NCBI GenBank assembly: GCA_963783385.1
Contig: CAWANJ010000009.1
Coordinates: forward strand, 352,001-416,000
DNA: 64,000 nucleotides
Direction: 5' to 3'
From: an uncultured Gemmatimonadales bacterium
GTDB lineage: Bacteria > Gemmatimonadota > Gemmatimonadetes > Palauibacterales > Palauibacteraceae
The position numbers and the translations under genes are program-made. How positions within the stretch are numbered: position 1 is the stretch's first letter; each line of letters begins with the position of its first letter. The notes under the pieces were generated by a model, which did not search any database, had not been told where the DNA came from, and worked only from the letters and a program-made list of their open reading frames with translations. This document shows, in pieces, positions 37,067 through 48,333 of the stretch.

Positions 37067-39064
37067 GTGATGGTGGGCGGGCGACCGGGACGGGCGCTCC
37101 GCGTGGTCCGGCCGTTCGCCGTGGCCGCGCTGGCCGCGTGGCTGACGGGTGGGTGCGCGCCGGGCGCTGTCGGCGGGGGACCTCCGCCGGGCCCCCCCGG
37201 GCCGGCCGGGGCGGGCTCTCGGGCGGAGGCCGCGCCACCGCCTGCCGGGTCTCTCGAACGCGTCGATCGCCTGGTGTCGGCCGGCCGGGCCGATTCGGCC
37301 GCTCTTCTGGCCGATTCCCTGTACTTCGCATGGCGTCCCCATTCCGACATGGCCGATCGTGCGGCTTCGGCCCTGTGGCGCGAGGCCGGGGCGCTTCGAA
37401 GCGTGGGACGGCCCCGTGCCGCGGCCGCACGCCTCCGCGAGCTCCTGAGTCGCTATCCCGGCGCGCGCGAAGCCCGGGACGCCGTGCGGCTGCTGGCGGC
37501 GCTCGACGTCGACCTGGTGCGGGATCCCTCGGCGGCCGCCGTTCTCCTGGCCCACGCCGACGCGATAGACGACGCCGCCCGCAAGCTCCTGAGGACGGCG
37601 GCGGGCCACATGTCGGGGGCGGAGCTGGAAGCCATCCTCGACGGTCGACGGCCCGGTGAAGCCGGGGAGGGGGAGGACGGGGGGCGAGCGGCCCCGGGTC
37701 CCGAGCGGGACCGGGCGATCCTCCTCGCCGCTCTGGCCCGGGACCTGGCTCGCTCCGGTCGGACCGATTCGGCCGGCCGCGTGGCCGCTGCGGTGCTGCG
37801 TGGCTCGGCCGACGCCCCGGAAAGGGACGTGGCGAGTGCGGTGCGGGACGGACGGATCGCCGCGGTGCGGGGCCCCCTCGTCCTCGGCGCGCTGTTCACG
37901 ACCTCGGGTCGATTCGCCGCCGTGGGCGGTTGGCTGCGGGAGGGCGTCGACCTGGCCCTCGAGGAGGCTTCGGCGAGCGGAGGCCCGGAAGTCCGTGTGG
38001 AGAGCCTCGACGAGGGCGACGATCCTGCGGTCGTGCCCGGACTGGTGCAACGGCTCGAGGCCGACGGCGTCGTGGCGATCCTCGGTCCCGTGCGCTCGCG
38101 GGCCCTGGCGGCCGCCGCGACCGCCCGCCGCGACCCCGGTCTTCTCCTCGTGAGCCCCACCGCCACGGACGCTCCGCGGGCCTCGAACGGTCGGTCCGAT
38201 CTGGATGCCTATGCCCTGTGGGACCGGACCCGTCGCCAGGTCGACGCGGCCCGCGACCTGGGCCGGTGGCTGGGCTCGACCGTGCGGCTCGGCGTCTCGG
38301 CCACGCTGTACGCCCGGGATCCGGAGGGCATCGCGGCGGCCCTGGCGTACCGCGCCGGCCTGGGAGCCGGCGCCGGAACGGTGGCCTCGGAGGCCTTCGA
38401 CGCGGATTCGACCACCTTTCGGGGTCCGATCGCCCGCGTGGGCGCGTTCGAGCCCCGCGGCGTGTTCGTGGCGGGGGGAGGGCCGAGCACGATCCTGCAG
38501 CTCGCGCCCCAGCTGTCGTACTTCGGGGCCCGCGACCTGCTGGTCGCGGGCGGCCCGACCTGGGCTCAGCCGGAGGTCGTGCGCCGCCTCGAGCCCAGTC
38601 CGACGCAGGAGCGCATCGTGGCCACCTACCTGGACTGGACGGACCAGAAATCCGGCTGGAGTCGATTTCGAGCTGCGTATGAGACGAAGTACCACAAGTC
38701 CGTTGCCAACAATGTCGTACCTGCTCTTGGATACGACGCGGCGAAGCTGGTGCTGGCGGCGCTGCCCGACGAGCCCGTGCCGCACCCGCGGGCCACGGCA
38801 CGGGCACTGGCCCGGCTCACGGGTCTGGAGGGGGCGACGGGGACGCTGACGCCGGACGCGACGGCGGGCACCGTGGCTCGCGCCACGCTGATCCGCCGCC
38901 TGGACGAGCGCCGGCTGGCCCCGGCCGACCCGGACTCGGTGCGGGCGTGGCTGGACAGGAGCGGCCTCCTGGAGGCCGCCGGCCTGCGGCGACAGCGGGC
39001 GGTGGCCCGGAAGGCGGTCCGGAAGTTCGCCGCCGACACCACGAGGGGAGGCACACGGCCGTGA
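37067..39064 (+). CDS. Lipoprotein with TPR-like N-terminus and periplasmic-binding-protein type 1 domain (LpoA/LppC-like)
   Basis: Lipobox LTGG-C; LLSRYPG TPR-like segment; AILGP, LAPQL.YFG and ALGYDAA motifs. Confidence 0.7.
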   Translation: MMVGGRPGRALRVVRPFAVAALAAWLTGGCAPGAVGGGPPPGPPGPAGAGSRAEAAPPPAGSLERVDRLVSAGRADSAALLADSLYFAWRPHSDMADRAASALWREAGALRSVGRPRAAAARLRELLSRYPGAREARDAVRLLAALDVDLVRDPSAAAVLLAHADAIDDAARKLLRTAAGHMSGAELEAILDGRRPGEAGEGEDGGRAAPGPERDRAILLAALARDLARSGRTDSAGRVAAAVLRGSADAPERDVASAVRDGRIAAVRGPLVLGALFTTSGRFAAVGGWLREGVDLALEEASASGGPEVRVESLDEGDDPAVVPGLVQRLEADGVVAILGPVRSRALAAAATARRDPGLLLVSPTATDAPRASNGRSDLDAYALWDRTRRQVDAARDLGRWLGSTVRLGVSATLYARDPEGIAAALAYRAGLGAGAGTVASEAFDADSTTFRGPIARVGAFEPRGVFVAGGGPSTILQLAPQLSYFGARDLLVAGGPTWAQPEVVRRLEPSPTQERIVATYLDWTDQKSGWSRFRAAYETKYHKSVANNVVPALGYDAAKLVLAALPDEPVPHPRATARALARLTGLEGATGTLTPDATAGTVARATLIRRLDERRLAPADPDSVRAWLDRSGLLEAAGLRRQRAVARKAVRKFAADTTRGGTRP

Positions 39065-40611
39065 CCATGCGCGAGAGGCTCCAGGAGCTCGAGGAGCGTC
39101 GGCGGGAGGCCGAACGGGGAGGCGGGGAGGCCCGGCTGGAGCGACAGCACGGGAAGGGGAAGCTCAGCGCCCGGGAGCGGCTGGACGTGCTGCTCGATCC
39201 GGGCTCCTTCGTGGAGTTCGACAGGTTCGTCGAGCATCGCTGTCACGACTTCGGTCTCGACGAGGAGCACTATCCGGGCGATGGCGTGGTCACGGGCTAT
39301 GGCACCGTGGACGGCCGGACGATCTACGTGTTCAGCCAGGACTTCACGGTGTTCGGCGGATCCCTGTCCGAGGCGCACGCCGAGAAGATCGTGAAGATCC
39401 TGGAGCTGGCCACCCGGAACGGGAAACCGGTCGTGGGCCTCAACGACTCCGGGGGAGCCCGCATCCAGGAGGGCGTGGCGTCGCTGGGCGGATACGCGGA
39501 CATCTTCCTGCGGAACACGCTGGCCTCGGGGGTCGTCCCGCAGATCAGCGCGATCCTGGGTCCATGCGCCGGGGGGGCGGTCTACTCGCCCGCCATCACC
39601 GACTTCATCTATATGGTCGAGGGGATCAGTCACATGTTCGTGACCGGCCCTAACGTCGTGAAGACGGTGACGCACGAGGAGGTGAGCTTCGAGGAGCTGG
39701 GCGGTGCGGGCATGCACGCGACGAAGTCCGGCGTGGCCCACTTCGTCCACCGGACCGAGGTGGAGGCGCTGCGGGGAATTCGCCGCCTGCTCTCCTTCCT
39801 CCCGTCCAACAACGCCGAGGCGCCGCCCGCTCGCACCACCGAGGATCCGGCGGACCGCGCCGAGGAGGAGCTGCTCGAGATCGTCCCCGATCGCCCGAAC
39901 CAGCCCTACGACATGCACCGGGTCATCGAGCGGATCGTGGACGACGCGGACTTCCTGGAGGTCCACCAACGCTACGCGGGCAACCTGCTGGTCGGCTTCG
40001 CGCGCCTCGGCGGCCGACCGGTGGGGATCCTGGCCAACCAGCCGGCCGTCCTGGCGGGCGTGCTGGACATCGACGCGAGCCTCAAGGGCGCCCGCTTCGT
40101 GCGCTTCTGCGATGCCTTCAACTTCCCGATCGTGACCTTCGAGGACGTCCCGGGCTTTCTGCCGGGCGTGACCCAGGAACACGGGGGGATCATCAAGCAC
40201 GGGGCCAAGCTCCTGTATGCCTACTGCGAGGCCACGGTGCCCAAGCTGACCGTGATCACCCGCAAGGCCTACGGCGGGGCATACGACGTCATGGCCTCCA
40301 AGCACATCCGGGGCGATCTAAACCTGGCGTGGCCGACGGCCGAGATCGCCGTCATGGGCCCCAAGGGCGCGGTGGAGATCCTGCACCGCAGGGAGATCGA
40401 GGAGGCGGCGGACCCCGAGGCCCGCACGGCGGAGCTGGAGGGGTCGTTTCGACGGGCGTTCGCCAACCCGTATCTGGCCGCGGCCCGCGGCTACCTCGAC
40501 GACGTGATCGACCCTCGGGAGACACGCGCCAGGCTCATCTCGGGGCTGTCGATGCTGGCGGACAAGCGTGATCGCAATCCGCCCAAGAAGCACGGCAACC
40601 TGCCTCTGTGA
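39061..40611 (+). CDS. pccB: Propionyl/acyl-CoA carboxylase carboxyltransferase (beta) subunit
   Basis: [44 protein letters not shown]. Confidence 0.93.
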   Translation: MTMRERLQELEERRREAERGGGEARLERQHGKGKLSARERLDVLLDPGSFVEFDRFVEHRCHDFGLDEEHYPGDGVVTGYGTVDGRTIYVFSQDFTVFGGSLSEAHAEKIVKILELATRNGKPVVGLNDSGGARIQEGVASLGGYADIFLRNTLASGVVPQISAILGPCAGGAVYSPAITDFIYMVEGISHMFVTGPNVVKTVTHEEVSFEELGGAGMHATKSGVAHFVHRTEVEALRGIRRLLSFLPSNNAEAPPARTTEDPADRAEEELLEIVPDRPNQPYDMHRVIERIVDDADFLEVHQRYAGNLLVGFARLGGRPVGILANQPAVLAGVLDIDASLKGARFVRFCDAFNFPIVTFEDVPGFLPGVTQEHGGIIKHGAKLLYAYCEATVPKLTVITRKAYGGAYDVMASKHIRGDLNLAWPTAEIAVMGPKGAVEILHRREIEEAADPEARTAELEGSFRRAFANPYLAAARGYLDDVIDPRETRARLISGLSMLADKRDRNPPKKHGNLPL

Positions 40612-40620
40612 CCCGGGTCG

Positions 40621-41346
40621 ATGCCGGGTTACCACTGGGTCCCCGCGTCCCTTCAGGGACGGCTCCTGGACCGGGAAGCGAAGCGGGATCGTATGCGCCT
40701 CGAGCGCGACGTGACGGAGCTGGCGGCGGCCCTGGACTCGGTGCGAGAGGCGTCGGCCGAGCTGGACGCCACCTACCGCTGCTTCGTCGATCTTCCCGAG
40801 GCGGATCCGGTCATGGCCGCCTCACCGGAGCTGGCCCGCTTCCTCCTGGCCTGGTGCCGCTGCCGGCGGCCGCGGCGCATCGCCGACCTCGGCTCGGGGT
40901 TCAGCTCCTGGCTGTTTCGCTGGTGGGCGGCCGCGGAGCCGGAGGAGGTCACCGTGGTGTCGGTCGACGACGACCCGGCCTGGCTCGAGCGCTCGCGCAC
41001 CTTCGCGGCGGATCGGGGGCTGGAGGGAGGCGACTTCCGGGGCTGGCGAGCGTTCAGGGCCGGCTCGGAGCGCTTCGACCTCGTGCTGTGGGACTACGGC
41101 GACATCCGCACCCGGGCCGAGCGACTGCCGGAGGTCCTGGCGCGCGTGGGAGAGGGTGGCGCGCTGGTGTGTGACGACATCCACAAGCACCGGGTGTGGA
41201 GAGCGGCCCGGAGCTGTGCCGGGTCGGCCGGGATCGAGGCGTACAGCCTCAGGGCGTACACGCTCGACCGCTGGGGCCGCTACGCGTGGCTGGCCCGGCT
41301 CGCGGGACGGGGCGGGGGGGGCGGGGTCGGAAGGAGGTTGGCGTGA
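40621..41346 (+). CDS. Class I SAM-dependent methyltransferase
   Basis: ADLGSGFSS motif I, SVDDD, FDLVLWD, GGALVCDD. Confidence 0.72.
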   Translation: MPGYHWVPASLQGRLLDREAKRDRMRLERDVTELAAALDSVREASAELDATYRCFVDLPEADPVMAASPELARFLLAWCRCRRPRRIADLGSGFSSWLFRWWAAAEPEEVTVVSVDDDPAWLERSRTFAADRGLEGGDFRGWRAFRAGSERFDLVLWDYGDIRTRAERLPEVLARVGEGGALVCDDIHKHRVWRAARSCAGSAGIEAYSLRAYTLDRWGRYAWLARLAGRGGGGGVGRRLA

Positions 41347-42854
41347 GCGGCCTGCGGCGTGTCCTCGTCGCCAACCGCGGGGAGATCGCGGTGCGGATCG
41401 TCCGGGCCTGCCGGGAGCTCGGCATCGAGACCGTGGCCGTCTACTCCGACCCGGACCGTCTGGCGCCCCACGTGCGGCTCGCCGACCGGGCCGTGCTCCT
41501 CGGACCCGCCCCGGCATCGGAGAGCTACCTGGATATCGGAAAGCTGCTCGAGGCGGCGCGGCGGACGGGCGCCGATTCGGTGCACCCGGGCTACGGATTT
41601 CTGGCCGAGAACGCGTCCTTCGCGGGCCTCGTCGAGGAAGCCGGACTGGTATGGATCGGACCGCCACCGGATGCCATTGCGGCCATGGGCGACAAGACGG
41701 AGGCGCGCGAGCGCATGCGTTCGGCTGGCGTGCCCGTGATTCCCGGGTCGGAGGGTGCCCTGGACGACCCCGACGCGGCGCGGGAGGCGGCCGATCGAAT
41801 CGGCTACCCCGTCATGCTCAAGGCTGCGGCCGGTGGAGGCGGCAAGGGCATGCGCGTCGTCCGCGAGGCCGGCGAGTTCGAGTCCGCCTTCCGCGGCGCT
41901 CGCAGCGAGGCCGGGCAGGCCTTCGGCGACGAACGTGTCTACCTGGAGCGGTTCCTGGACGCCCCGCGGCACATTGAGATCCAGGTCCTGGCGGACGCCC
42001 ACGGCCGGACGGTGCACGTGGGAGAGCGCGAGTGCTCGATCCAGCGTCGACACCAGAAGCTCATCGAGGAAGCTCCTTCCACGGTGGTGGACGCGGAGCT
42101 CCGGGAGCGGATGGGCCGCGTGGCCGTGGCCGCCGCGGAGGCGGTCGGCTACCGCAGCGCCGGTACGGTGGAGTTCCTCTTCCAGGATGACGAGTTCTTC
42201 TTCCTGGAGATGAACACACGCATCCAGGTCGAGCATCCGGTGACCGAGCTCGTATGGGAGGTGGACCTCGTGCAGGAGCAGCTCCGTATCGCGGGCGGCG
42301 AGCCCATCCTATGGCAGGCACCGGACCAAGCGCCGCGCGGACACGCGCTCGAGTGCCGGATCGGGGGGGAGGACCCGTTCGCCGGCTTCCTGCCCTCGGC
42401 GGGCCGGGTGGCCGACCTGGAGGTGCCGTCGGGACCGGGCGTGCGTTGGGATGGGGGCATCGAGCCCGGCTTCGAGGTCGGACTCCACTACGACCCGTTG
42501 CTCGCCAAGCTCGTCGTGCACGCTCCCACACGGGAGGAGGCCATCGACCGGATGGCCCGGGCGCTCGACGAGCTCGAGGTGGTGGGTCTGGCCACCAGCG
42601 CTCCTTTCCACCGGGCGGTGATGCGGGAGCCGGACTTCCGGGCCGGCAGGCTCTCGATCCGCTACGTGGAGGAGCACGCCGACCTGCTGCGCGAGCCGCC
42701 GGATGCCGACACCCTGCGAGCGGTGGCCGCCGCCGCGACCCTGCTCGAGGAGGAACGCCGGCAGGGGGCGCACCCTCGGACGGACGGTGGTACGGGATCG
42801 GCCGGCGGTGCGGCCGTGCGCTCGGCGTGGCGGCGAGCGTTCGATCCCCTGTGA
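41343..42854 (+). CDS. accC: Biotin carboxylase subunit
   Basis: VLVANRGEIA, HPGYGFLAEN, GGGGKGMR, ECSIQRRHQK, EMNTRIQVEH. Confidence 0.95.
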   Translation: MSGLRRVLVANRGEIAVRIVRACRELGIETVAVYSDPDRLAPHVRLADRAVLLGPAPASESYLDIGKLLEAARRTGADSVHPGYGFLAENASFAGLVEEAGLVWIGPPPDAIAAMGDKTEARERMRSAGVPVIPGSEGALDDPDAAREAADRIGYPVMLKAAAGGGGKGMRVVREAGEFESAFRGARSEAGQAFGDERVYLERFLDAPRHIEIQVLADAHGRTVHVGERECSIQRRHQKLIEEAPSTVVDAELRERMGRVAVAAAEAVGYRSAGTVEFLFQDDEFFFLEMNTRIQVEHPVTELVWEVDLVQEQLRIAGGEPILWQAPDQAPRGHALECRIGGEDPFAGFLPSAGRVADLEVPSGPGVRWDGGIEPGFEVGLHYDPLLAKLVVHAPTREEAIDRMARALDELEVVGLATSAPFHRAVMREPDFRAGRLSIRYVEEHADLLREPPDADTLRAVAAAATLLEEERRQGAHPRTDGGTGSAGGAAVRSAWRRAFDPL

Positions 42855-44161
42855 GCACCACGGGGCGCGAATCGGCGGTGGATCGGCTCCTCGATCTCTT
42901 CATCGAGTCGGTAGCCGCCGGTGGAGACGGCGTGGCCCGCGAGCCGGCCGGGCGCGTCGTCTTCGTGCCGTCCGCGGCGCCCGGCGACCGGGTGCGCGTC
43001 CGGGTGACGGAGGACCATGCGTCGTACCTGCGAGCCCGGCTCGAGGCGGTGCTGGAGCCGGGCCCGGGCAGGGTGTCGCCGTCGTGCCCCTACTATGGGG
43101 CGTGTGGCGGGTGCCGGCTCCAGCACCTGGCGCCGGAGGGACAGCTCGAGGCCAAGCGCGTCATCGTCCAGGACGCGCTCCGCCGGATCGGGAGGCTGGA
43201 GATCGACGTGCCTCCGGTGTGGGCCGAGGGGCCCCGCCTCGGCTACCGCAACCGTATCACGTTGACCGTTCGCCGTGAGACGGGGGGGCGGGTGCGGGCC
43301 GGATACCATGCCCACGGCGCCCCGGAGGTCCTGGTGGACGTGGCCGACTGCCCGCTGTCCGAGCGGGCCGTGGGCGACGCCTGGCGCGCCGTGCGCTCGA
43401 ACTGGGGCGCGGCCGCTCGACGCCTCCCTGGCGGCGAGGAGCTTCGTGTGACGGTGCGGGCCTCGGCCACGGGCGGCACGGCCGTCGTGGTCGACGGTGG
43501 CCGGCCCGATGCCCCCGGGGATCCAGCGGCTCTCGCGGAGTCCGTTCCCGGCCTGGTGTGCCTGGCCTGGCGGCCGACGGGAACAGGGCTCCGTATCGCG
43601 GCCGGCGAGCCCGTCTTCCACGAGCGGTGGCAGGGCTTCGATCTGGAGCTCGGTCCCGAGACCTTTCTTCAGGTGAACCGGCGAGCGGCCGAGGCCATCG
43701 AGCGTTCGCTGGACGAGGGCCTGGGAGAGGTCGCCGGTCTCCGCATCGTGGACCTGTACGGTGGCGTCGGGACGAGAGCCATCCGCTGGTCCCTGCGGGG
43801 CGCGGAGGCGGCCTCCTGCGACGCCGACCGGAATGCCGTGGCGGCGGGCCGTGCCGCCGCGGCCCACTACGCCGCAGAGGTCGACCTGCGCGCGGCGAGG
43901 GTCGAGGAGGCGGTCGGCGCGCTCCTGCCAGCCGACGTCGTGGTGGTCAATCCTCCCCGGCAGGGGCTGTCGCGTGAGGCGAGCGGGGCTCTACGGGAGG
44001 TCCGTGCCCGCCGTCTCGCCTATGTCAGCTGCGATCCGGCCACGCTGGCCCGGGACCTGGTCCGCCTGGGGGATGGCTGGCGGGTGACGCGGGTGGAGGC
44101 CTTCGACGCGTTCCCGCAGACGGCCCACGTCGAGACGCTGGCGTGGCTGGAGGCCGCATGA
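42851..44161 (+). CDS. rlmD: TRAM-domain RNA m5U methyltransferase (RlmD/TrmA family)
   Basis: TRAM N-terminus, CPYYGACGGC Fe-S motif, FLQVN, NPPRQG, YVSCDPATLARD, FPQTAHVE. Confidence 0.85.
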   Translation: MSTTGRESAVDRLLDLFIESVAAGGDGVAREPAGRVVFVPSAAPGDRVRVRVTEDHASYLRARLEAVLEPGPGRVSPSCPYYGACGGCRLQHLAPEGQLEAKRVIVQDALRRIGRLEIDVPPVWAEGPRLGYRNRITLTVRRETGGRVRAGYHAHGAPEVLVDVADCPLSERAVGDAWRAVRSNWGAAARRLPGGEELRVTVRASATGGTAVVVDGGRPDAPGDPAALAESVPGLVCLAWRPTGTGLRIAAGEPVFHERWQGFDLELGPETFLQVNRRAAEAIERSLDEGLGEVAGLRIVDLYGGVGTRAIRWSLRGAEAASCDADRNAVAAGRAAAAHYAAEVDLRAARVEEAVGALLPADVVVVNPPRQGLSREASGALREVRARRLAYVSCDPATLARDLVRLGDGWRVTRVEAFDAFPQTAHVETLAWLEAA

Positions 44162-44667
44162 AGTACTTCGTCACCATCGGGGAGGAGCGGGTCGAGGTCG
44201 ACCTCGGCTCCGGGGGGGCGACGTTCGGGACGGGAGAGACCGTGCCGGTCGAGCTCGCCGCCGTGCCCGGGACGGCCCTGCGTCACCTGCTGCTCGGGGA
44301 TGACGGGTGGCGGCTCACGGTCGTTCGGGAGAAGGACGGCTGGACGATCAGCACGGGGGGGCGGCGCTTCCGGGTCCGGGTCGAGGATGAGCGCACCCAC
44401 GCCATACGGGAGATGTCGGGCGTCGACGGGCTCGACGCGGGGCCGCAGGAGCTGCGCGCGCCGATGCCGGGACTGGTGGTGAGGGTGCTGGTCGAAGCCG
44501 GACAGGAGGTGGAGCCTGGGGACGGCCTGGTGGTCATGGAGGCCATGAAGATGGAGAACGAGCTCCGGGCCGACGCGGCGGGCCGCGTGGCCGAGATCCG
44601 GGTCGAGGAAGGCGCCACGGTCGCGCAGGGCCAGGTCCTGGTGACCCTCGAGGCCGAGGGCGCATGA
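44158..44667 (+). CDS. Biotin carboxyl carrier protein
   Basis: APMPGLV and EAMKMENE biotinylation motifs. Confidence 0.93.
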   Translation: MKYFVTIGEERVEVDLGSGGATFGTGETVPVELAAVPGTALRHLLLGDDGWRLTVVREKDGWTISTGGRRFRVRVEDERTHAIREMSGVDGLDAGPQELRAPMPGLVVRVLVEAGQEVEPGDGLVVMEAMKMENELRADAAGRVAEIRVEEGATVAQGQVLVTLEAEGA

Positions 44668-46322
44668 GCGCGCCCGGCCGAACCGGGGAGGGCGAGGGGC
44701 GCGCGGAGTGGGAGCGTCGCACGCTGCGGCCTTTCCTGGAACGTCACCCGGAGCGCCGGGAGCGGTTCCGTACGCCCTCGGGCCTCGAGGTCCGGCCGCT
44801 CTACACGCCCGCCGACGTGGAGGCGCCCTACGGGGAGTCCCTCGGTTACCCGGGCGAGCCTCCGTTCACACGCGGGATCTACCCGACCATGTACAGAGGT
44901 CGGCTGTGGACCATGCGGCAGTACGCGGGCTTCGGCACGGCCGAGCAGACGAACGAGCGCTTCCGGTACCTTCTCGACTCGGGCCAGACCGGCCTGTCGG
45001 TGGCCTTCGACCTCCCAACGCAGATGGGATACGACTCCGACCACGCCATGGCGGCGGGCGAGGTGGGTCGGGTCGGAGTGGCCATCGACACGCTGGACGA
45101 CATGGAGCGGCTGTTCCGCGGCATCCCGCTCGGCCGGGTCTCGACCTCCATGACCATCAACGCCACCGCGGCCATCCTCCTGGCCATGTACGTGGCCGTG
45201 GGCGAGGACCAGGGCGTGGAGCGTGCCGACCTCCGGGGCACCGTCCAGAACGACATCCTGAAGGAGTTCGTGGCGCGCGGCACCTACATCTATCCGGTGG
45301 AGCCCAGCCTTCGGCTGGTCACCGACGTGTTCGACTTCTGCTCCCGCGAGCTCCCGTCCTGGAATTCGATCTCGATCAGCGGCTATCACATGCGCGAGGC
45401 GGGCTCGACGGCGGCGCAGGAGCTGGCCTTCACCCTGGCGGACGCGCTCGAGTACGTCGATCGGGCCCTGGCGCGCGGATTGGAGCTGGAGGCCTTCGCC
45501 CCCCGCCTCAGCTTCTTCTTCGCCTCGCACAACAACCTGTTCGAGGAGGTGGCCAAGTTCCGGGCGGCGCGCCGCCTGTGGGCCCGCCTCATGCACGAGC
45601 GTTACGGCGCGTCGGAGGAGAGCCGGCGCCTCAGGTTCCACACGCAGACGGCGGGATCGACGCTCACGGCGCAGCAGCCCCGGAACAACATCGTGCGCGT
45701 CGCGGTACAGGCGCTGGCCGCGACCCTGGGAGGGACGCAGTCCCTGCATACGAACAGCTTCGACGAGGCTCTGGCACTGCCGTCGGCGGAGGCGGCCCGC
45801 CTGGCCCTGCGCACCCAGCAGGTGCTGGCGTCCGAGTCGGGGGTGGCGGACACGGTGGATCCGCTGGCAGGCTCCTACTACGTGGAGGCCCTCACCGACC
45901 GGATCGAGTCGCAGGCGCGCGATTACCTCGAGACCATCGAGGAGGCGGGCGGGGCGGCGCGGTCGGTCGCCTTCATGCAGGAGGAGATCCACCGGGTGGC
46001 CTACCGATTCCAGCGGGACCTGGAGGCCGGGGAGGAGGAGGTGGTGGGCGTGAACGTGCACCGGGACGAGCGGGAGCCGGAGCCGAAGATCGAGCTGCCC
46101 GACTTCGAGGGCCTGGCCCGCGAGCAGCGCGAACGCCTGGCCGAGGTGCGGTCGCGCCGGGACGAAGGGCCGGTGCGGGAGGCCCTCGAGGCGCTGGGTC
46201 GACTCGCCCGGAGCGACGGCGAGCTGGTGGGCCCGATCCTGACGGCGGTCCGGCGCCGCGCCACGCTGGGTGAGATCAGCGACGTCCTGCGCGAAGCGTG
46301 GGGGGAGTACACAGGGAGCTAG
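44664..46322 (+). CDS. Methylmalonyl-CoA mutase, substrate-binding large subunit (no B12-binding domain)
   Basis: [37 protein letters not shown]; Tyr/Arg specificity residues match MCM rather than ICM. Confidence 0.92.
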   Translation: MSAPGRTGEGEGRAEWERRTLRPFLERHPERRERFRTPSGLEVRPLYTPADVEAPYGESLGYPGEPPFTRGIYPTMYRGRLWTMRQYAGFGTAEQTNERFRYLLDSGQTGLSVAFDLPTQMGYDSDHAMAAGEVGRVGVAIDTLDDMERLFRGIPLGRVSTSMTINATAAILLAMYVAVGEDQGVERADLRGTVQNDILKEFVARGTYIYPVEPSLRLVTDVFDFCSRELPSWNSISISGYHMREAGSTAAQELAFTLADALEYVDRALARGLELEAFAPRLSFFFASHNNLFEEVAKFRAARRLWARLMHERYGASEESRRLRFHTQTAGSTLTAQQPRNNIVRVAVQALAATLGGTQSLHTNSFDEALALPSAEAARLALRTQQVLASESGVADTVDPLAGSYYVEALTDRIESQARDYLETIEEAGGAARSVAFMQEEIHRVAYRFQRDLEAGEEEVVGVNVHRDEREPEPKIELPDFEGLAREQRERLAEVRSRRDEGPVREALEALGRLARSDGELVGPILTAVRRRATLGEISDVLREAWGEYTGS

Positions 46323-46328
46323 GAGCTC

Positions 46329-46598
46329 ATGCCGACCTACGAATATCGTTGCACGGCGTGCGGACACGCGTTCGAGCGCTTTCAGAAGATCAACGACCCG
46401 CCCGTGAGGGTCTGCCCGGAGTGCGGGGAGAAGGCCGTGGAGAAGCAGATCTCGTCCGGTGCGGGCCTCCTGTTCAAGGGGCCGGGCTTCTACGCTACCG
46501 ACTACCGGTCTCCCCGTCCCGGCGCCAGGCCGGGAAAGGGCGACTCGGAGGGGAAGAGCAAGACGTCCGAATCCGGGGGCGTGACCCCGGATGAGTGA
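46329..46598 (+). CDS. FmdB-family zinc-ribbon protein
   Basis: MPTYEYRCTACG...CPECG...FKGPGFYATDY. Confidence 0.9.
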   Translation: MPTYEYRCTACGHAFERFQKINDPPVRVCPECGEKAVEKQISSGAGLLFKGPGFYATDYRSPRPGARPGKGDSEGKSKTSESGGVTPDE

Positions 46599-48333
46599 GG
46601 TCCGGCCGGAGGGCCCCATCGTCGACCCAATGGCGGAACCGTGGCGGCGGCTGGCCGAGGCCGTCGGCCGTGCCGCGAGAGCCGCGGGCGCCCCCGACGA
46701 CTTCCATGCCGCGCTCGAGCGTCCCCGGGACCCGGCACACGGCGACGTGGCCTCCAACGCCGCCCTCGTCCTCGGCGGCCGCATGGGAAGGCCGCCCCGC
46801 GAGGTGGCCGAGGCCATCCGCGACGCGCTCGACGAGGCGGGGGCCCCCGTGGCGTCGGTCGAGGTCGCGGGCCCGGGCTTCCTCAACTTCCGCTTCGACG
46901 ACTCCGTCTACTGGGAGGGGCTCGCGGCGATCCTGCGGGCGGGCCCGGGCTTCGGCCGCCGGGCCGCCGCCGAGCCCCTCAGGATCAACGTGGAGTTCGT
47001 GTCGGCCAACCCGACCGGCCCGCTGCACGTGGCGCATGGACGTGGTGCGGCGCTGGGCGACGTGGTGGCCAGCCTGCTCGAGTGGACCGGACACGAGGTC
47101 GTCCGCGAATACTATGTGAACGACGCGGGTCGCCAGATCGATCTGCTCGGCGCCTCCGTCGAGGCGCGCTACCAGGAACTCCTGGGTCGGGACTCGGCGA
47201 TCCCGGAGGGAGGCTATCACGGGGCCTACGTGCGGGAGCTGGCCGAGCGACTGAGGGACGAGGCCGAGCCAGGCGTACTGCAGGCCATGGCTCCAGACGA
47301 GCGCGCCTCGTGGTTCGCGGAGCGTGCCTCGGCGCTCCTGCGGCTCGAGCACGAGGAGGACCTGGCCGCGTTCGGCGTCCGCATGGAGACCTGGAGCGAG
47401 GAGAGCCGGCTGTACGCGAGGGGCGCCATCGAAGGTCTCCTCGATCACCTCGCCGAGGCCGACCTCACGTACGAGGACGAGGGTGCCACCTGGCTCGCCA
47501 CCAGCCGGTTCGGGGACGAGAAGGACCGGGTGCTGGTGAAGAGCGACGGCAGCTACACCTACTTCCTGCCCGACATCGCGTATCACCTGGACAAGGCGGA
47601 GCGCGGCTTCGATCGGGCCATCGACGTGTGGGGAGCCGATCATCACGGTCACGTCGCCCGGATGAAGGCCGCCCTGGAGGCCCTCGGACTGCCGCCCGAG
47701 TTCCTGGAGGTGCTGATCCTGCAGCTCGTGACCGTGCTGCGCGGAGGCGAGGAGGTCCGCATGAGCAAGCGGGCCGGGACGTTCGTGACGCTTCGCGAAC
47801 TGTTCGATGAGACGGGGCCGGACGTTTCGAGGTACTTCTTCCTCATGCGACGCGCGGAGGTGCCGCTGAGCTTCGACCTCGACCTGGCTCTGGACCGGTC
47901 CGACGCGAATCCCGTCTACAAGGTGCAGTACGCGCACGCCCGCATGTGCTCAGTGTTCGCGCGTGGCGGCGTCGACCCGGGCGGGATCGATCCTTCGTTC
48001 CAGGATCTCTCGCGCCTCGGCACCGAGCACGAGCGGGCCCTGGCCCGCGCGCTCGCGCGCTTTCCCGAGGTCGTGGACGTGGCCGCGGCGGCCCGGGCAC
48101 CCTACCAGGTGTGTGGCTACCTCGAAGAGGCGGCGGGGCTCGCCAACGCCTGGTACCACACCGGAAACCAGGATCCGTCGCTCCGCGTGCTCGCCGAGGG
48201 CCCTGCGCGGGCCGGTCGGCTGGCGCTGGCCCGGGCCGTCCAGCTCACGCTCCGCAACGGACTGGAGCTTCTGGGACTGTCGGCCCCGCAGCGCATGGAG
48301 CGTCAGGACGACGACGATGAGGAGGCGCGGTGA
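46591..48333 (+). CDS. argS: Arginine--tRNA ligase
   Basis: EFVSANPTGPLHVAHGR HIGH-like motif, WGADHHG, MSKRAG, VQYAHAR. Confidence 0.96.
   Translation: MSEVRPEGPIVDPMAEPWRRLAEAVGRAARAAGAPDDFHAALERPRDPAHGDVASNAALVLGGRMGRPPREVAEAIRDALDEAGAPVASVEVAGPGFLNFRFDDSVYWEGLAAILRAGPGFGRRAAAEPLRINVEFVSANPTGPLHVAHGRGAALGDVVASLLEWTGHEVVREYYVNDAGRQIDLLGASVEARYQELLGRDSAIPEGGYHGAYVRELAERLRDEAEPGVLQAMAPDERASWFAERASALLRLEHEEDLAAFGVRMETWSEESRLYARGAIEGLLDHLAEADLTYEDEGATWLATSRFGDEKDRVLVKSDGSYTYFLPDIAYHLDKAERGFDRAIDVWGADHHGHVARMKAALEALGLPPEFLEVLILQLVTVLRGGEEVRMSKRAGTFVTLRELFDETGPDVSRYFFLMRRAEVPLSFDLDLALDRSDANPVYKVQYAHARMCSVFARGGVDPGGIDPSFQDLSRLGTEHERALARALARFPEVVDVAAAARAPYQVCGYLEEAAGLANAWYHTGNQDPSLRVLAEGPARAGRLALARAVQLTLRNGLELLGLSAPQRMERQDDDDEEAR

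Noticed and set aside
44664-46322. Isobutyryl-CoA or other variant mutase
   Set aside because: Tyr (RQYAGF) and Arg (EFVARG) determinants match methylmalonyl-CoA mutase
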